Program-made: the position numbers and the translations under genes
Notes under the pieces: generated by a model
What the model was told of the DNA's origin: nothing
What the model saw: the letters and a program-made list of their open reading frames with translations, nothing else
The model's database searches: none
Origin: Candidatus Thorarchaeota archaeon
GTDB taxonomy: Archaea; Asgardarchaeota; Thorarchaeia; Thorarchaeales; Thorarchaeaceae
Reading direction: 5' to 3'
Assembly (NCBI GenBank): GCA_963726195.1
Contig: CAVSBO010000004.1
Span: 224,001 to 288,000 of the forward strand
DNA: 64,000 nt
In this document: positions 10,973 to 21,804 of the stretch, one piece after another
Layout: each line of letters opens with the position of its first letter
Numbering within the stretch: the first letter of the stretch is position 1

Positions 10973-11587
10973 TCATCGAGAGCCCTCTGACAGGACTGGT
11001 TCGACGAAGTTCTTCAGATCGTCAATGCCAGCATAGACGTGAGCGTCTATTCCTAGGCTCGCTGCTGCGGCAATGTTGCTCTCTTTGTCATCAAAGAACA
11101 GGCACTCCTGAGGACGGACTCCCACCACCTTGAGCATCTCCAGAAATGACTGTGCATCAGGCTTTGTGTATCCAACATCGCTGGATGCAACTACATGAGT
11201 GAACGGGCTATCCTTCCCGAAGTCCCTGAGAATCTTCTTCTTTGATTCGGTGTCAGAATTGCTGAATATGGAAACGGGAATCGTCTTGGAGACTGTCTTG
11301 AGGTACGCCAACAAGTCCGTGTCGATTGACGAAGTGTTATCGTAAACCGACTGCATGACACGCTTGTGTGACACGCGTTTCAATCGAGGCTCTTTCGCTT
11401 GGACCTTCTTCCACCATTCGTTTCGGGTCGTCTTTCCCCTGAGAAGTGCCCTGCCAAACTCATCGTGCCAAAGCGTGTCGTTGAAATCATCTAACTCGAA
11501 GCCCATATTCCTACAGGCCTCTTGGGCTGCCCGTTTGTCAAGCAACCTCAATACTCCATCAAGATCGACAACTAGTGCTCGAATCAT
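10973..11587 (-). CDS. HAD-superfamily hydrolase
   Basis: VVDLDGVL, FSN, KPD, FFDDKESNIAAA. Confidence 0.9.
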   Translation of the reverse strand: MIRALVVDLDGVLRLLDKRAAQEACRNMGFELDDFNDTLWHDEFGRALLRGKTTRNEWWKKVQAKEPRLKRVSHKRVMQSVYDNTSSIDTDLLAYLKTVSKTIPVSIFSNSDTESKKKILRDFGKDSPFTHVVASSDVGYTKPDAQSFLEMLKVVGVRPQECLFFDDKESNIAAAASLGIDAHVYAGIDDLKNFVEPVLSEGSR

Positions 11588-11785
11588 TGTCTTTGCCAAT
11601 CGTCTTCTGCAGATGGCTTTTGCGGAGATTCGAGTGCAGACAGGGGTCCATATCCAAGGTGCCATCGAGCCGAATACTCGATTGTGCACAAGATAGGAAG
11701 TGTTGAGACTATCACACCGACGCTTGCAGAGAGGCATCCGCATCGTTCATCTAGCTGTCGAGCTCAGGATGGGGTCAGTGATTGA

Positions 11786-14700
11786 GTGAACTTAAGAATC
11801 CGCGGCGCTCGCGAACACAACCTCAAGGGCGTAGACGTCGACATTGGTGACGGTCTCACAGTTGTTACGGGCGTCTCCGGCTCTGGCAAGACATCCTTGG
11901 TGTTCGATACACTATATCATGAATCGCGCCGGCGGTTCCTCGATGTGTTCTCAACGCGTGCTCAGTTGATTCGTCTTGCTCCCGCGAATGTTGAGTCACT
12001 GACCGGCGTGGGCCCCGCGGTTGCCGTCGGTCAGAATCTTCTGAACCGCAATCCTCTTTCTACGGTCGCAACCGCGTGTGGGCTTCACCCGTTCCTCCGC
12101 CTTCTTTATGCAAGGTTTGGTGTCAGGTACTGCTCTCAGTGCGGAGAAGGCCTGTCCATTCTTTCAGAGGATGAAATACTGGAGAGAATCCTTGCTATCT
12201 CGAGGCAGGATAAGGTCACGCTCTATGCCCCGATTGTGCGCGACGCAAGAGGAAGCCATCGCACTTTGCTGGAAATTCTTTCAACGGAGTTCGGCAAGGA
12301 GTCTCTAGTTGTGGACGGAAGATCTTTGTCCGACAAGCGCCTGCGACCTATTGACGAGCATACGATTGAGGTGAGGCTTGCTAGTCTCTCACCCGGCTCT
12401 CCTCTGGCGGCCGTTCGTTCCGCCATCGAGAGGTCTGCCGCACTGGGTGCCAGCGCGATTGTTGCGGACACTGATGGCTCAAGACTGGCTCTATCAAGGG
12501 CCCCGATTTGTCCCACTTGTGGAACTCATTTTGACGAGATCCAGCCTGTTCATTTTCACACTGCATGCCCGTACTGTGAAGGCAAAGGGTGTCAGGAGTG
12601 TAGCATGTCCGGACTCCTCCCGCAGGCTGCGGCGGTCCGATGGGAGAATCTCAGAATCGATGAACTGCTTGCTCTCACCGTAGACGAGGCACAGGCTCTC
12701 TTCACGAAGACCAATATGCCTTCGACTGGTAATCGTTTGAAATCAGAGATTGCGAAGAGGCTTGATGCACTTCAAACAGTGGGCCTTGGATACATTCAGC
12801 TATGCAGGTCGTCGCCGACGCTTTCGCGAGGAGAATCGCAGCGCGTTCGCTTGGCGGTCTGTTTGTCAAGTCGACTGGAAGATGTGTTGCACGTGTTGGA
12901 TGAGCCTACAATAGGCCAACATCCTGCTGATGTTGCGAGGATTCTGCCAGCCTTCCGGAATCTTGCAGGACCCGTGGTTTATGTTGAGCATGACAGAGCC
13001 GCAGCCGCTTATGCTGACCGGGCGATAGACCTCGGGCCCGGCGCGGGCGATGAAGGAGGAAAAATGGTATTCGCGGGTGCACCTGCAGACTTGTGGCAAT
13101 CGGAAACAATCACGGGACGCTACTTCAGCCTGCGTGAAAGGGTGGTCGCTGCCGCGCCGCGATCAAAGTCCAAACAATTCCTAGAGATTCTCGGAGCCAA
13201 TGTTCATAATCTTCAGGCCATAGACATCTCGATTCCGGTAGGCAGGTTCGTAGTGATAACAGGAGTATCGGGCTCGGGTAAGAGCACGCTTGTCGAGGAT
13301 GTTCTGGTCCCATCACTTGCTAAGGGAAAGCCTGTGAACTGCAGAGCGGTGATTGGACCCAAGCTTAAGCCTGTGGTCGTAGATCAGAGTCCGATTGGTC
13401 GCAATCCCAGATCAAACCCCGCCACTTACACAAAGCTCTCCGACATTGTTCGGGACTTGTATGCGAAGCAGACCGGATTGTCGCCGTCGCACTATTCGTT
13501 TAACAGGCCTGAGGGTGCCTGTCCCACCTGTGCTGGCATCGGAGCCGTTGAAGTGAAGATGCGGTATCTGCCTTCAACTTGGATTCCATGCTCAGACTGT
13601 GATTCTCAACGGTTCTCAGATGAAGTACTTTCGAGAAAGGTCGAACTCGGTGGGCAGAGACTGTCGATTGCGGATTTCTACAGGCTATCTATCTTTCAGG
13701 TCCGTGCTCTCTTGGCAGAGGATAGTCGGCTTTCTGCAGCAAACCGAGCTTCTGTCAGAAGCATGCTGGATGCGTTGGTAACAATCGGACTTGGCTACGT
13801 CCCCATGGGCCAACCATCACCCAGCCTTTCAGGCGGTGAATCGCAGAGAGTGAAGCTTGCCAAGTTTCTGGGTAGAAAGAAGCTCGCCGACCGTCTGATA
13901 ATCCTAGATGAACCGACTACCGGATTACACCCACGAGATCTCAGAGGCTTGCTAGAGGTTCTCAACACGCTAGTCGAAGCCGGAGCCAGCGTGGTTGTTG
14001 TCGAGCATAATCTGGACATCATTCGAGCGGCGGATTGGGTGGTTGATCTTGGTCCTGGAGCAGGACCCATGGGAGGTCAGGTTGTCTACGAGGGCCCACC
14101 CAGCGAACTGATGACCACGAGAGCCTCTGTAACTGGGAAGGCATTAAGGGAAGAAGAATCAATCCATCCTCAGGCGGGAGCTGGGAAGGTTGGTGGACAA
14201 TCAGACTGCATCTCGATTAGGAATGCTCGCGCGAATAACCTCAAGGGTGTTGACATAGACATTCCCAAGGGGCTGTTCACGGTCGTCACCGGAGTGTCTG
14301 GTTCTGGCAAGTCCAGCCTTGTTCATGATGTGCTTGAGGCTGAAGCCAAGAGGAGATTCTTGGAGAGTCTCTCATTATATGAAAGACAAGGAATCCAAGA
14401 AGGTCCGGAAGCTCCTGTTGGATCAGTCAGTGGGCTCGGCGTTTCAGTGTCTATCACTCCGGGTGAAAGGCTTTACAGTAGACGTTCTACGGTCGGGACT
14501 GTCACTGAGATTTCACATCATCTTGCAGTCCTGCTTGCTACGCTTGGCGAACGCACGTGTCTCAAATGCGGAGCGAAGATGGAGAGAGGCGTGGAATGGA
14601 CATGCGCGACATGCGAGGAGACCGCTCCTGTTCTTGAGGCAAGGCACTTCTCATCGTCCACATACTACTCGGCTTGTCCAATGTGCAACGGGATCGGCAC

Positions 14701-16647
14701 TCTTCAGGTGCCCGATTCTAGTAAGCTAATCATCAATCCTGACCGGGCAATATGCGGCGGAGCAATGTACTCCCCCGGTTTCTTCCCTAAAGGTTACCTG
14801 TGCAAACCGTACAACCATGGTTACTATTTCGTGCGGGCTTTGGGCCATCGATATGGTTTCGACCCGGAAATCACACCGTGGAATGAAATGAATCCTGAAG
14901 CGCAGAATGCTTTCTTGTTTGGCGACTCGGAGCCACTCAGTGTAACGGTCGAGAGTCGGACCAGACCTCCCACAATCAGGAATCTCCCATATCGCGGATT
15001 CTACGGTCTCATAGGAGACTGGGACGTTGGCGGAACCTACACGAGCACCAAGATTTGCACACAGTGCAATGGCACTGGGTTTCGTCCTGAGGTCTTGGCG
15101 GTTAGACTCGCTGGATACGATGTTCATGCACTTGGTGAGATGCCACTTACCAGACTGTTCTCAAGTCCTCGGTACTCTGGAGACCGTGGTTCCAAAATCA
15201 ACTCAGTCCAAAGCCAACTTGAAAACAATCCTAGAACGCCTGAAGTTCCTAGTCAGTGTCGGGGTCGGATATCTGCATTTGAACAGAGTCTCAGCCACCC
15301 TCTCTGCTGGCGAGGCTCAAAGAGTTCGCATTGCAGGGATTCTCGGAAGTGGTCTCACGTCACTGACGGTCTTGCTTGATGAGCCGTCCAGAGGAATGCA
15401 TCCGTCAGAAGTGGATGCACTCGCCAATGTCCTGAAAGAGCTGCGACACGAAGGCAACACCGTTGTCGTGGTGGAGCACGACCCGGCCCTAATCAAAGCC
15501 GCAGACCACATCGTGGAGATGGGCCCCGGTCCTGGAGACGATGGCGGGAACGTAATTGCAGAAGGCAATATCGATGATGTTGGGAGGACCGACACTCCGA
15601 CTGGTAGGTGGTTGCGAGGCGAGTTCAGGATAGAAATCCCGAAGGAGAGAAGAGAACCAAAGGATTGGCTCGTTGTAAAGGGCGCACGAGAAAACAACCT
15701 TCGCGAAGCGGATGTCAGAGTGCCTCTCGGCCTGCTAGTAGGCGTGTGTGGTGTCTCGGGCTCGGGAAAGAGCACTCTCATAGTGGACACGATAGGCCGT
15801 GCCCTTGCGCCAAGACAGATAACGACGAGTGTTGCGCAGGAACCGATGCAACCTGGCGCCCATGACTCGATCGAAGGCGCACCAAGAAGAACAATCGTTC
15901 TTGATCAGACCCGCGAACACATAATCAATCCCGGTCAATTTCTCGATGTCTTTGGACCACTGACATCCCTGTATGCTGAGAGCAATGATGCCAAGGCCCT
16001 TGGGCTTTCTGAGGACGATTTGACCAGACCATGTTCCACATGCGATGGTCGGGGGATGATCCGAACCGACATGGGTTTTCTCCCGGATGCGATTACACCT
16101 TGCGAGACATGTCAGGGGACCGGGAGGTCAAAGGAGTCTTGGGACGTACGTGTGAGCGGCGTTGCGTATCCAGAGCTTGCCCGGTTGACCATTGACCGGG
16201 CTTGGGCGTTGTTCGGTGAAATCGGAGCCATTGGAAGGAGGCTGCAGGCTGCAAGGGATGTCGGCCTAGGCTATCTTGTCCTACACCAACCGGGCCAGAC
16301 ACTATCAGGCGGGGAGTGTCAGCGTTCTCAAGATTGCAAAGGAGCTTTCACGGGATGTCCCATCACCGACGATGTATATTCTGGATGAACCTACAGTGGG
16401 CCTGCACGTTCAAGACGTGGACAGACTGATTCGAGTATTGCGTACGATAGTGGATGGCGGAGATTCTGTTGTTGTGATTGAGCATCACCCTCATTTTCTT
16501 TCAGCATGTGACTGGCTTATTGAACTAGGTCCAGGGGCAGGACCGGACGGAGGCCGGGTTATTGCTTCAGGTACGCCTGAGCGCATAGCACACTCTGATA
16601 CACCAACTGCTCCATATCTAAGAGACGTTCTGGAGGCCGAAAGATGA
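11786..16647 (+). CDS. Double-length UvrA-like ABC ATPase (four ATPase modules), indels at ~15165 and ~16325
   Basis: Four GVSGSGK Walker A motifs with GA(R/N)xxNL leaders, LSxGE signatures, LDEP and CxxCxGxG Zn fingers across ORFs 11786..15379, 15027..16388 and 16276..16647. Confidence 0.88.
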
Positions 16648-17681
16648 CTTGGGCCGCCCTTCTCTTGGCAGATCCTTCTCCCTGTTCTCAGGCTGCTCGT
16701 TCTTCGGGAACTCCTGCATCGTCCTGAGGGAGACCCCGAACTCAGCGAGCTAACCAGCTCAAGGATGAAGATCCCGTCTCTAGGATGCTTCTTCGCTTGC
16801 AGCTTGATGATGGTTCGTGGAAAGACACATCGGCTTCCGGAAGTGCTCGAAGAGAGCGTCACATTGCGACGTCACATGCATTAGCAACCTTGGGTTTTCT
16901 TGGATATAATGCAGAGCACCCGGCTGTCAAGCGCGGCACAGAGTATCTCTTCTCAAAGCAGAAGCATGACGGGTCGTGGCCACTTCCCGGCAATTGGGAA
17001 CGCGAGGAACCGACGGCAAAGGGCTACACAATGATTCCTCTGCAGACGGCAGTTCCTCTTCGTGGCATTGCAGCATGCGGTCTTGGAACGGACCCGCGAG
17101 CTGAACAGGCGTATGAGTGGCTGCTGTCCCAGACCCTAGAGGATGGGTCTTGGCCAACGGGGAAGGCTGGCGAGGTCTACGGACGTGTTGCAGGTTATCG
17201 GCGTTTGCCACACTCACGCTGGGGCTGCCGGTCGAACACAACAGCATCACTGATTTGCTTGGCCCTGCACGCGGCAAGGAGGACAAGCACTGCGGCCAAG
17301 CGGGCACTTGACGTACTTCTTGCGCGAGAAACACGTGAACGGCTCGATTTGGGCTTTGAGGTTGCGAGGACCATCGGGGTCGAGAAGTCAAGCGGCTTCC
17401 TTACGTATCACGCCAAGTTCGATATGGCGCTCCTTCTCGGTCTATGTTGGAGAATAGGCGCGGACAAGAGCGATGAACGCATTTCCGAACTGACTAACTA
17501 CATCATAAAACAACAAGGCATGTACGGCCTTTGGGAATACCTGCCTCACCCAGAGGCATCGAGGTGGGTGACCTTCGATATTCTTAGGTCACTGGAGCAA
17601 CTGGACAAGTCGACGGATTGGCTGACGATGGAGCCCCGTACCGCCTTCAGTGCCTATCCGAAGAGAACAAAACGATATTGA
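16644..17681 (+). CDS. Prenyltransferase/squalene-hopene-cyclase-repeat (alpha/alpha toroid) protein, N-terminus frameshifted
   Basis: QW-type repeats LQLDDGSW, KQKHDGSW, QTLEDGSW, QQGMYGLW; ATGA overlap with the uvrA-like stop. Confidence 0.75.
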
Positions 17682-17711
17682 GGGCTGGACTTCGTCCTAC
17701 CGAGTTGGGTT

Positions 17712-18074
17712 CTAGGACTGAGTCTCAACCTTGTCCATCTTCAGATTTGGGAGCTTTATTGCGAGAACTCTCACATCTTGGCCTTCGGCGGTTTCGAACC
17801 AGTGAGCTTCTCCCGGCTCGACGACAATCACGTCTCCTTCACTCACTTCCAGTAGTTGATTGCCGACTCCCATCTTTGTTGAATCAACAAAGAAGAACGC
17901 TTCTTCAAGTTCCCTGTGTAGATGGGGATCGGTTTTCATACCGCCGGGAATCTTAACCCAAATGAATCCCGCTGTGTCGAGCCTTTTCTTGAACTTCAAA
18001 TCTGCCACATACTTCCGGCCATAGCCCCCCATGCCCACTAGCTCTGAGTCAGAGGAGCGATATACCTTTACCAT
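17712..18074 (-). CDS. Cupin domain protein
   Basis: PHLHRELEE...GDVIVVEPGEAH. Confidence 0.85.
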   Translation of the reverse strand: MVKVYRSSDSELVGMGGYGRKYVADLKFKKRLDTAGFIWVKIPGGMKTDPHLHRELEEAFFFVDSTKMGVGNQLLEVSEGDVIVVEPGEAHWFETAEGQDVRVLAIKLPNLKMDKVETQS

Positions 18075-18243
18075 TGCTATCACTGCCCTGTATTGGGAGT
18101 CCACGCCGTGATTAGTCTTACTGAGCAGCGTAGCCCCAATCTATCCCAGTCGTCCTGGGCAAGTCATGAGCGCGGTTTATCGTTGACGAAGATTGGAGTT
18201 GCATATTGCACTAGGTTCCGCCGACAGTTGGGGAAAGTAAGTC

Positions 18244-18630
18244 TCATTCTGCCAAGATGAGAATGCGTTTCGTCTTAACGCCCGTGCTGGTGTTTATGAG
18301 TTCTAGGAGTTTCGTGACTAGGCGTGTAATGTCTGGGTTCTCGATGTCGAGTATCACACCGCTCGAGTCGACGAAGTTCACATGTGGCTCAGGGTTGAGC
18401 TCGTAGCGCGTTTCACCATTGTATGAGAACCTTTGGATGAGGCCGATGTCCACCATTACTGTCAGGTTATTGAGTATGGTAGACTCGCTCACGTTTGCGT
18501 ACTTCTTCTTGACATTTTCACAAACCTCAGAGAATGACGGATGGTGGCGTCCCATCTTCTCAAGAACCTTGAGGAGTTCGACCCGTTGCGGCGTGAGCCG
18601 CAGTCCGTGCTCCTTTAGACTCTCGTTCAC
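18244..18630 (-). CDS. Fur/PerR-family transcriptional regulator
   Basis: LKEHGLRLTPQR, HPS, STILNNL, RYELN..PHVN; no C-terminal CxxC. Confidence 0.85.
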   Translation of the reverse strand: MNESLKEHGLRLTPQRVELLKVLEKMGRHHPSFSEVCENVKKKYANVSESTILNNLTVMVDIGLIQRFSYNGETRYELNPEPHVNFVDSSGVILDIENPDITRLVTKLLELINTSTGVKTKRILILAE

Positions 18631-18665
18631 AAGATTGAGGACGTAAGTGTGAGTTATAAACGTAT

Positions 18666-18710
18666 CCGAAGTAAGATTTATATAGAAGTTACTACGACTT
18701 AGAAGTAAGG
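18666..18710. promoter_or_regulatory. Divergent fur/dpsL promoter with putative operator
   Basis: TATA TTTATATA at 18677-18684; GAAGT at 18668, 18685 and 18702; imperfect palindrome TTACT-N10-AGTAA at 18689-18708. Confidence 0.55.
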
Positions 18711-18719
18711 TGACATAAT

Positions 18720-19271
18720 ATGGCGCGTGTCGCTAGAGAAATGGTTGAAAAAGCAGGAATCGACGTCGACAAGCTGCTGACCCTCTTGGTAAAGAATGCG
18801 GCGGCCGAGTTGACTACGTTCTACTACTACACAATCCTCCGAGTCAATTTGATTGGACTAGAGGGTGAAGGGATAAAGGAAATTGCAGAAACAGCACGGA
18901 TCGAGGACAGGAATCACTTCGAGGCATTGGTTCCCCGTATCTACGAACTTGGTGGCGAGTTGCCAGCAAGCATGGTTGATTTTCACAACCTAACAGCTTG
19001 CCCACCTGCGAAACTGCCCAAGGATCCCAAGGACATCAAGGCGATGCTGACAGTGCTCGTTGAGGCAGAGCGATGTGCAGTCAGGGGATACACCCAGATC
19101 TGCAACCTGACAGCTAGCAAGGACCACAGAACCTACGATCTTGCCTTGGCCATTCTGAATGAGGAAATCGAACATGAGTCTTGGTTTTCAGAGTTCCTAG
19201 GCGAAGGCCCATCTGGTCACTTTCTCCGTCGTGGCGAAACATCGCCCTTCGTGGGGAAGTTCATGCGCTAG
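18720..19271 (+). CDS. dpsL: Archaeal DPS-like ferritin (DpsL)
   Basis: AAAELTTFYYYTILR, IEDRNHFEAL.PRIYELGG, AERCAV, EEIEHE.WF.E. Confidence 0.9.
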   Translation: MARVAREMVEKAGIDVDKLLTLLVKNAAAELTTFYYYTILRVNLIGLEGEGIKEIAETARIEDRNHFEALVPRIYELGGELPASMVDFHNLTACPPAKLPKDPKDIKAMLTVLVEAERCAVRGYTQICNLTASKDHRTYDLALAILNEEIEHESWFSEFLGEGPSGHFLRRGETSPFVGKFMR

Positions 19272-19622
19272 AGTGCAGCATGTCTTTCGTTCTCTGATGT
19301 ACTGTTCTTGCCCACAATTCTGCTTCGGCATCCCAGACTGAAGGGAGGTTGGGCGAGAATAAGCCTCGTGGCCCTTGGACGGGCTATTTCATGCTCGTCC
19401 TTGCGGCCTAGTTTTCCCAAAATGGAGTATGCCAGTCAGCTCACTTCTCGATAGTTTGCAGAGGTATTGATTATAAGAGCCCCAGTAGCTCTTGCGGAAG
19501 ACTCCAACCGGCGTAATGCCTGAAGCTATCCCCAAGGAAAACAAAGCTAGAGGCAAAGAATGTATGTTTTGTCAATGTTGTCCGAGACGCAAATCGACTG
19601 AAAGGAAGTGGGGTGTTCGGAA

Positions 19623-20882
19623 ATGTCCGGTTCGCCGCCAGACACAATGAAGTCACGCACCCGACTGAGGAATAGTCAGTTTCTCAAATTCTTTGGCCCG
19701 GCACTTGTAGTCAGTGTTGCATATGTTGATCCTGGCAATTTCGGGACGGCCATAGCAGCGGGAGCAGGTTATGAGTATGACCTTCTTTGGGTGGTCTGGC
19801 TTGCCAGTATCATGGCCATGCTGTTGCAGTATCTCTCGGGGAAAATCGGAATAGCTACTGGTCGCAGTATGCCCGAGTTGGTGCGAGAGAAGCTGAAGTC
19901 GAGACGAAAGATCCTGACTTACTGGCTCTCATGCGAGGCATTCGCTGTGGCCACAGACTTGGCCGAATTCCTCGGCGTTGCGCTGGCACTTAACCTTCTG
20001 TTCGGAATACCCCTATTGTGGGCTGCTGCCATTGCATCCTTTGACGTTGTGTTTATCTTCCTACTTGCTGGGAGTAAGTTCAGGCGTATAGAGGCACTAG
20101 TCGGCGTCCTCGTATCAATCATAGGGTTCGGATATGTCTATGAGATTTTCATCACGCGACCTGACCTCATGTCTGTAGTATTCCACAGTGTTACTCCCAC
20201 ACTGACCCCAGCGACCGGTCCTCTTGTGATAGGAATGATAGGCGCAACTGTAATGCCGCACGCCTTGGCCGTCCATTCATGGTTAACCAAGAACAAGCTG
20301 ACTGTCGGCGATGAGGAGGAAAAGCGTCGACTTCTGAAATATCACCTCGCTGATAACGTGATTAACCTCTCTATTGCGGGCCTAGTGAACGCCGCAATCC
20401 TGATTATGGCCGCTGCGGCCTTCAGCGCAACTGGGAGCCCTGTCACAACGGTGGAACAGGCATATCGTACCCTGACTCCCCTCTTCGGGGTCTTGGCGAG
20501 TTCAGTTTTCGGTATCACACTGCTCGCATCAGGCCTGTCATCTTCAACAACTGGTGTGCTCGCTGGACAGGCTTTGATGGAAGGACTCTTGGGCAGGACT
20601 ATCCACCCGTGGTTAAGAAGGATAGTGGTGCGGGTAATCAATGTCGTTCCTACATTCGTGGCCATATACCTGGGGTTCAATGCACTTGAACTACTGGTTT
20701 ACAGCCAAGTCATTCTGAGTCTATTGATACCACTCCCACTGATACCTATCATCTACTTGACAAGCAAGAAGGCCATAATGGGACAATTCGTGAACCGCAG
20801 AGTGACAACCATTGTAGCCTTAGCCTTCGCATCATTAATACTAGCATTCAACGCGTATTTCTTGCTACAAGTCTTCCTGTAA
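19623..20882 (+). CDS. mntH: Nramp-family Mn2+/Fe2+ transporter
   Basis: GPALVVSVAYVDPGN, IGATVMPH, SSTTGVLAGQ. Confidence 0.93.
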   Translation: MSGSPPDTMKSRTRLRNSQFLKFFGPALVVSVAYVDPGNFGTAIAAGAGYEYDLLWVVWLASIMAMLLQYLSGKIGIATGRSMPELVREKLKSRRKILTYWLSCEAFAVATDLAEFLGVALALNLLFGIPLLWAAAIASFDVVFIFLLAGSKFRRIEALVGVLVSIIGFGYVYEIFITRPDLMSVVFHSVTPTLTPATGPLVIGMIGATVMPHALAVHSWLTKNKLTVGDEEEKRRLLKYHLADNVINLSIAGLVNAAILIMAAAAFSATGSPVTTVEQAYRTLTPLFGVLASSVFGITLLASGLSSSTTGVLAGQALMEGLLGRTIHPWLRRIVVRVINVVPTFVAIYLGFNALELLVYSQVILSLLIPLPLIPIIYLTSKKAIMGQFVNRRVTTIVALAFASLILAFNAYFLLQVFL

Positions 20883-21015
20883 ACCTAACATGGGAAGGGC
20901 AACTCAGTCATGATGCCGATGTCAATGCTGCACGGATTATGATGCACAATCAAGGTCTCATTACCGTTACTTAGAAGGCAAGGAACACATCTCCGACTTT
21001 GTCCAGTCTATGTGA

Positions 21016-21714
21016 ATGGCACAACATCTAAGACCGGAAGAAGAGTATGGGACGCTGGTGATTAGAGTGCTGCCCAGTTATCGAGATAGACGACAAGCCG
21101 GACAGGTCTTAGCAGATAAGCTCCTAGCCCTTCGCCTTGCCACTCCTATACTGGTATTGGCAATCCCCAATGGGGGTCTGGCGGTAGCGGCGCCAGTTGC
21201 TGTAGCGTTGCACGCTCAGCTTGACGCCATCATTGTGAGGAAACTTCAGATTCCCTATAGTACAGAAGCGGGCTTTGGCGCGCTCACTTCCTTTGGCAAG
21301 ATGATACTCAATGAACCTCTCGTAAAGCAACTAGGTCTCAGCAAACAAGACATTGAGACGGTCAGAGCGAAGACAGAGAAGCAAATTGCTGACAGGAAGA
21401 AGGCGTATTCAGGTTTCATTGGGTACTCCAAGCCGGAGGGGAACCACATTATTCTAGTCGATGATGGGCTGGCTTCAGGATACACGATGCTAGCGGCCGT
21501 TGAGTCACTCAGAGACCTTAATCCTTTGAGCATCACCGTGGCTGTCCCGACATCGTCAGGAGATGCTGCTGATAGGATCGGCGCGGTTGTCGACAGATTT
21601 GTCTGCCCAAGAATCGAGAGGGCTGCAATGTTTGCAGTCGCCGATGCTTACGAGAATTGGTATGACGTGCCAGACTCAGAGGTGGTATCAACTCTGAGAC
21701 ACTTCGTGCGATAA
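21016..21714 (+). CDS. Phosphoribosyltransferase family protein
   Basis: DRRQAGQVLA, LAIPNGG, ILVDDGLASGYT. Confidence 0.88.
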   Translation: MAQHLRPEEEYGTLVIRVLPSYRDRRQAGQVLADKLLALRLATPILVLAIPNGGLAVAAPVAVALHAQLDAIIVRKLQIPYSTEAGFGALTSFGKMILNEPLVKQLGLSKQDIETVRAKTEKQIADRKKAYSGFIGYSKPEGNHIILVDDGLASGYTMLAAVESLRDLNPLSITVAVPTSSGDAADRIGAVVDRFVCPRIERAAMFAVADAYENWYDVPDSEVVSTLRHFVR

Positions 21715-21804
21715 ATGATTGCAGTCTCTCTTTTTTTCGGAGCGGCATTGGGTGTTTTACACATCCACTAAAGTCAAATAGCACAGACCCAGCGCGAACT
21801 CAAC

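Noticed and set aside
16644-17681. True squalene-hopene cyclase
   Set aside because: Single domain of ~340 aa without the DxDD catalytic motif
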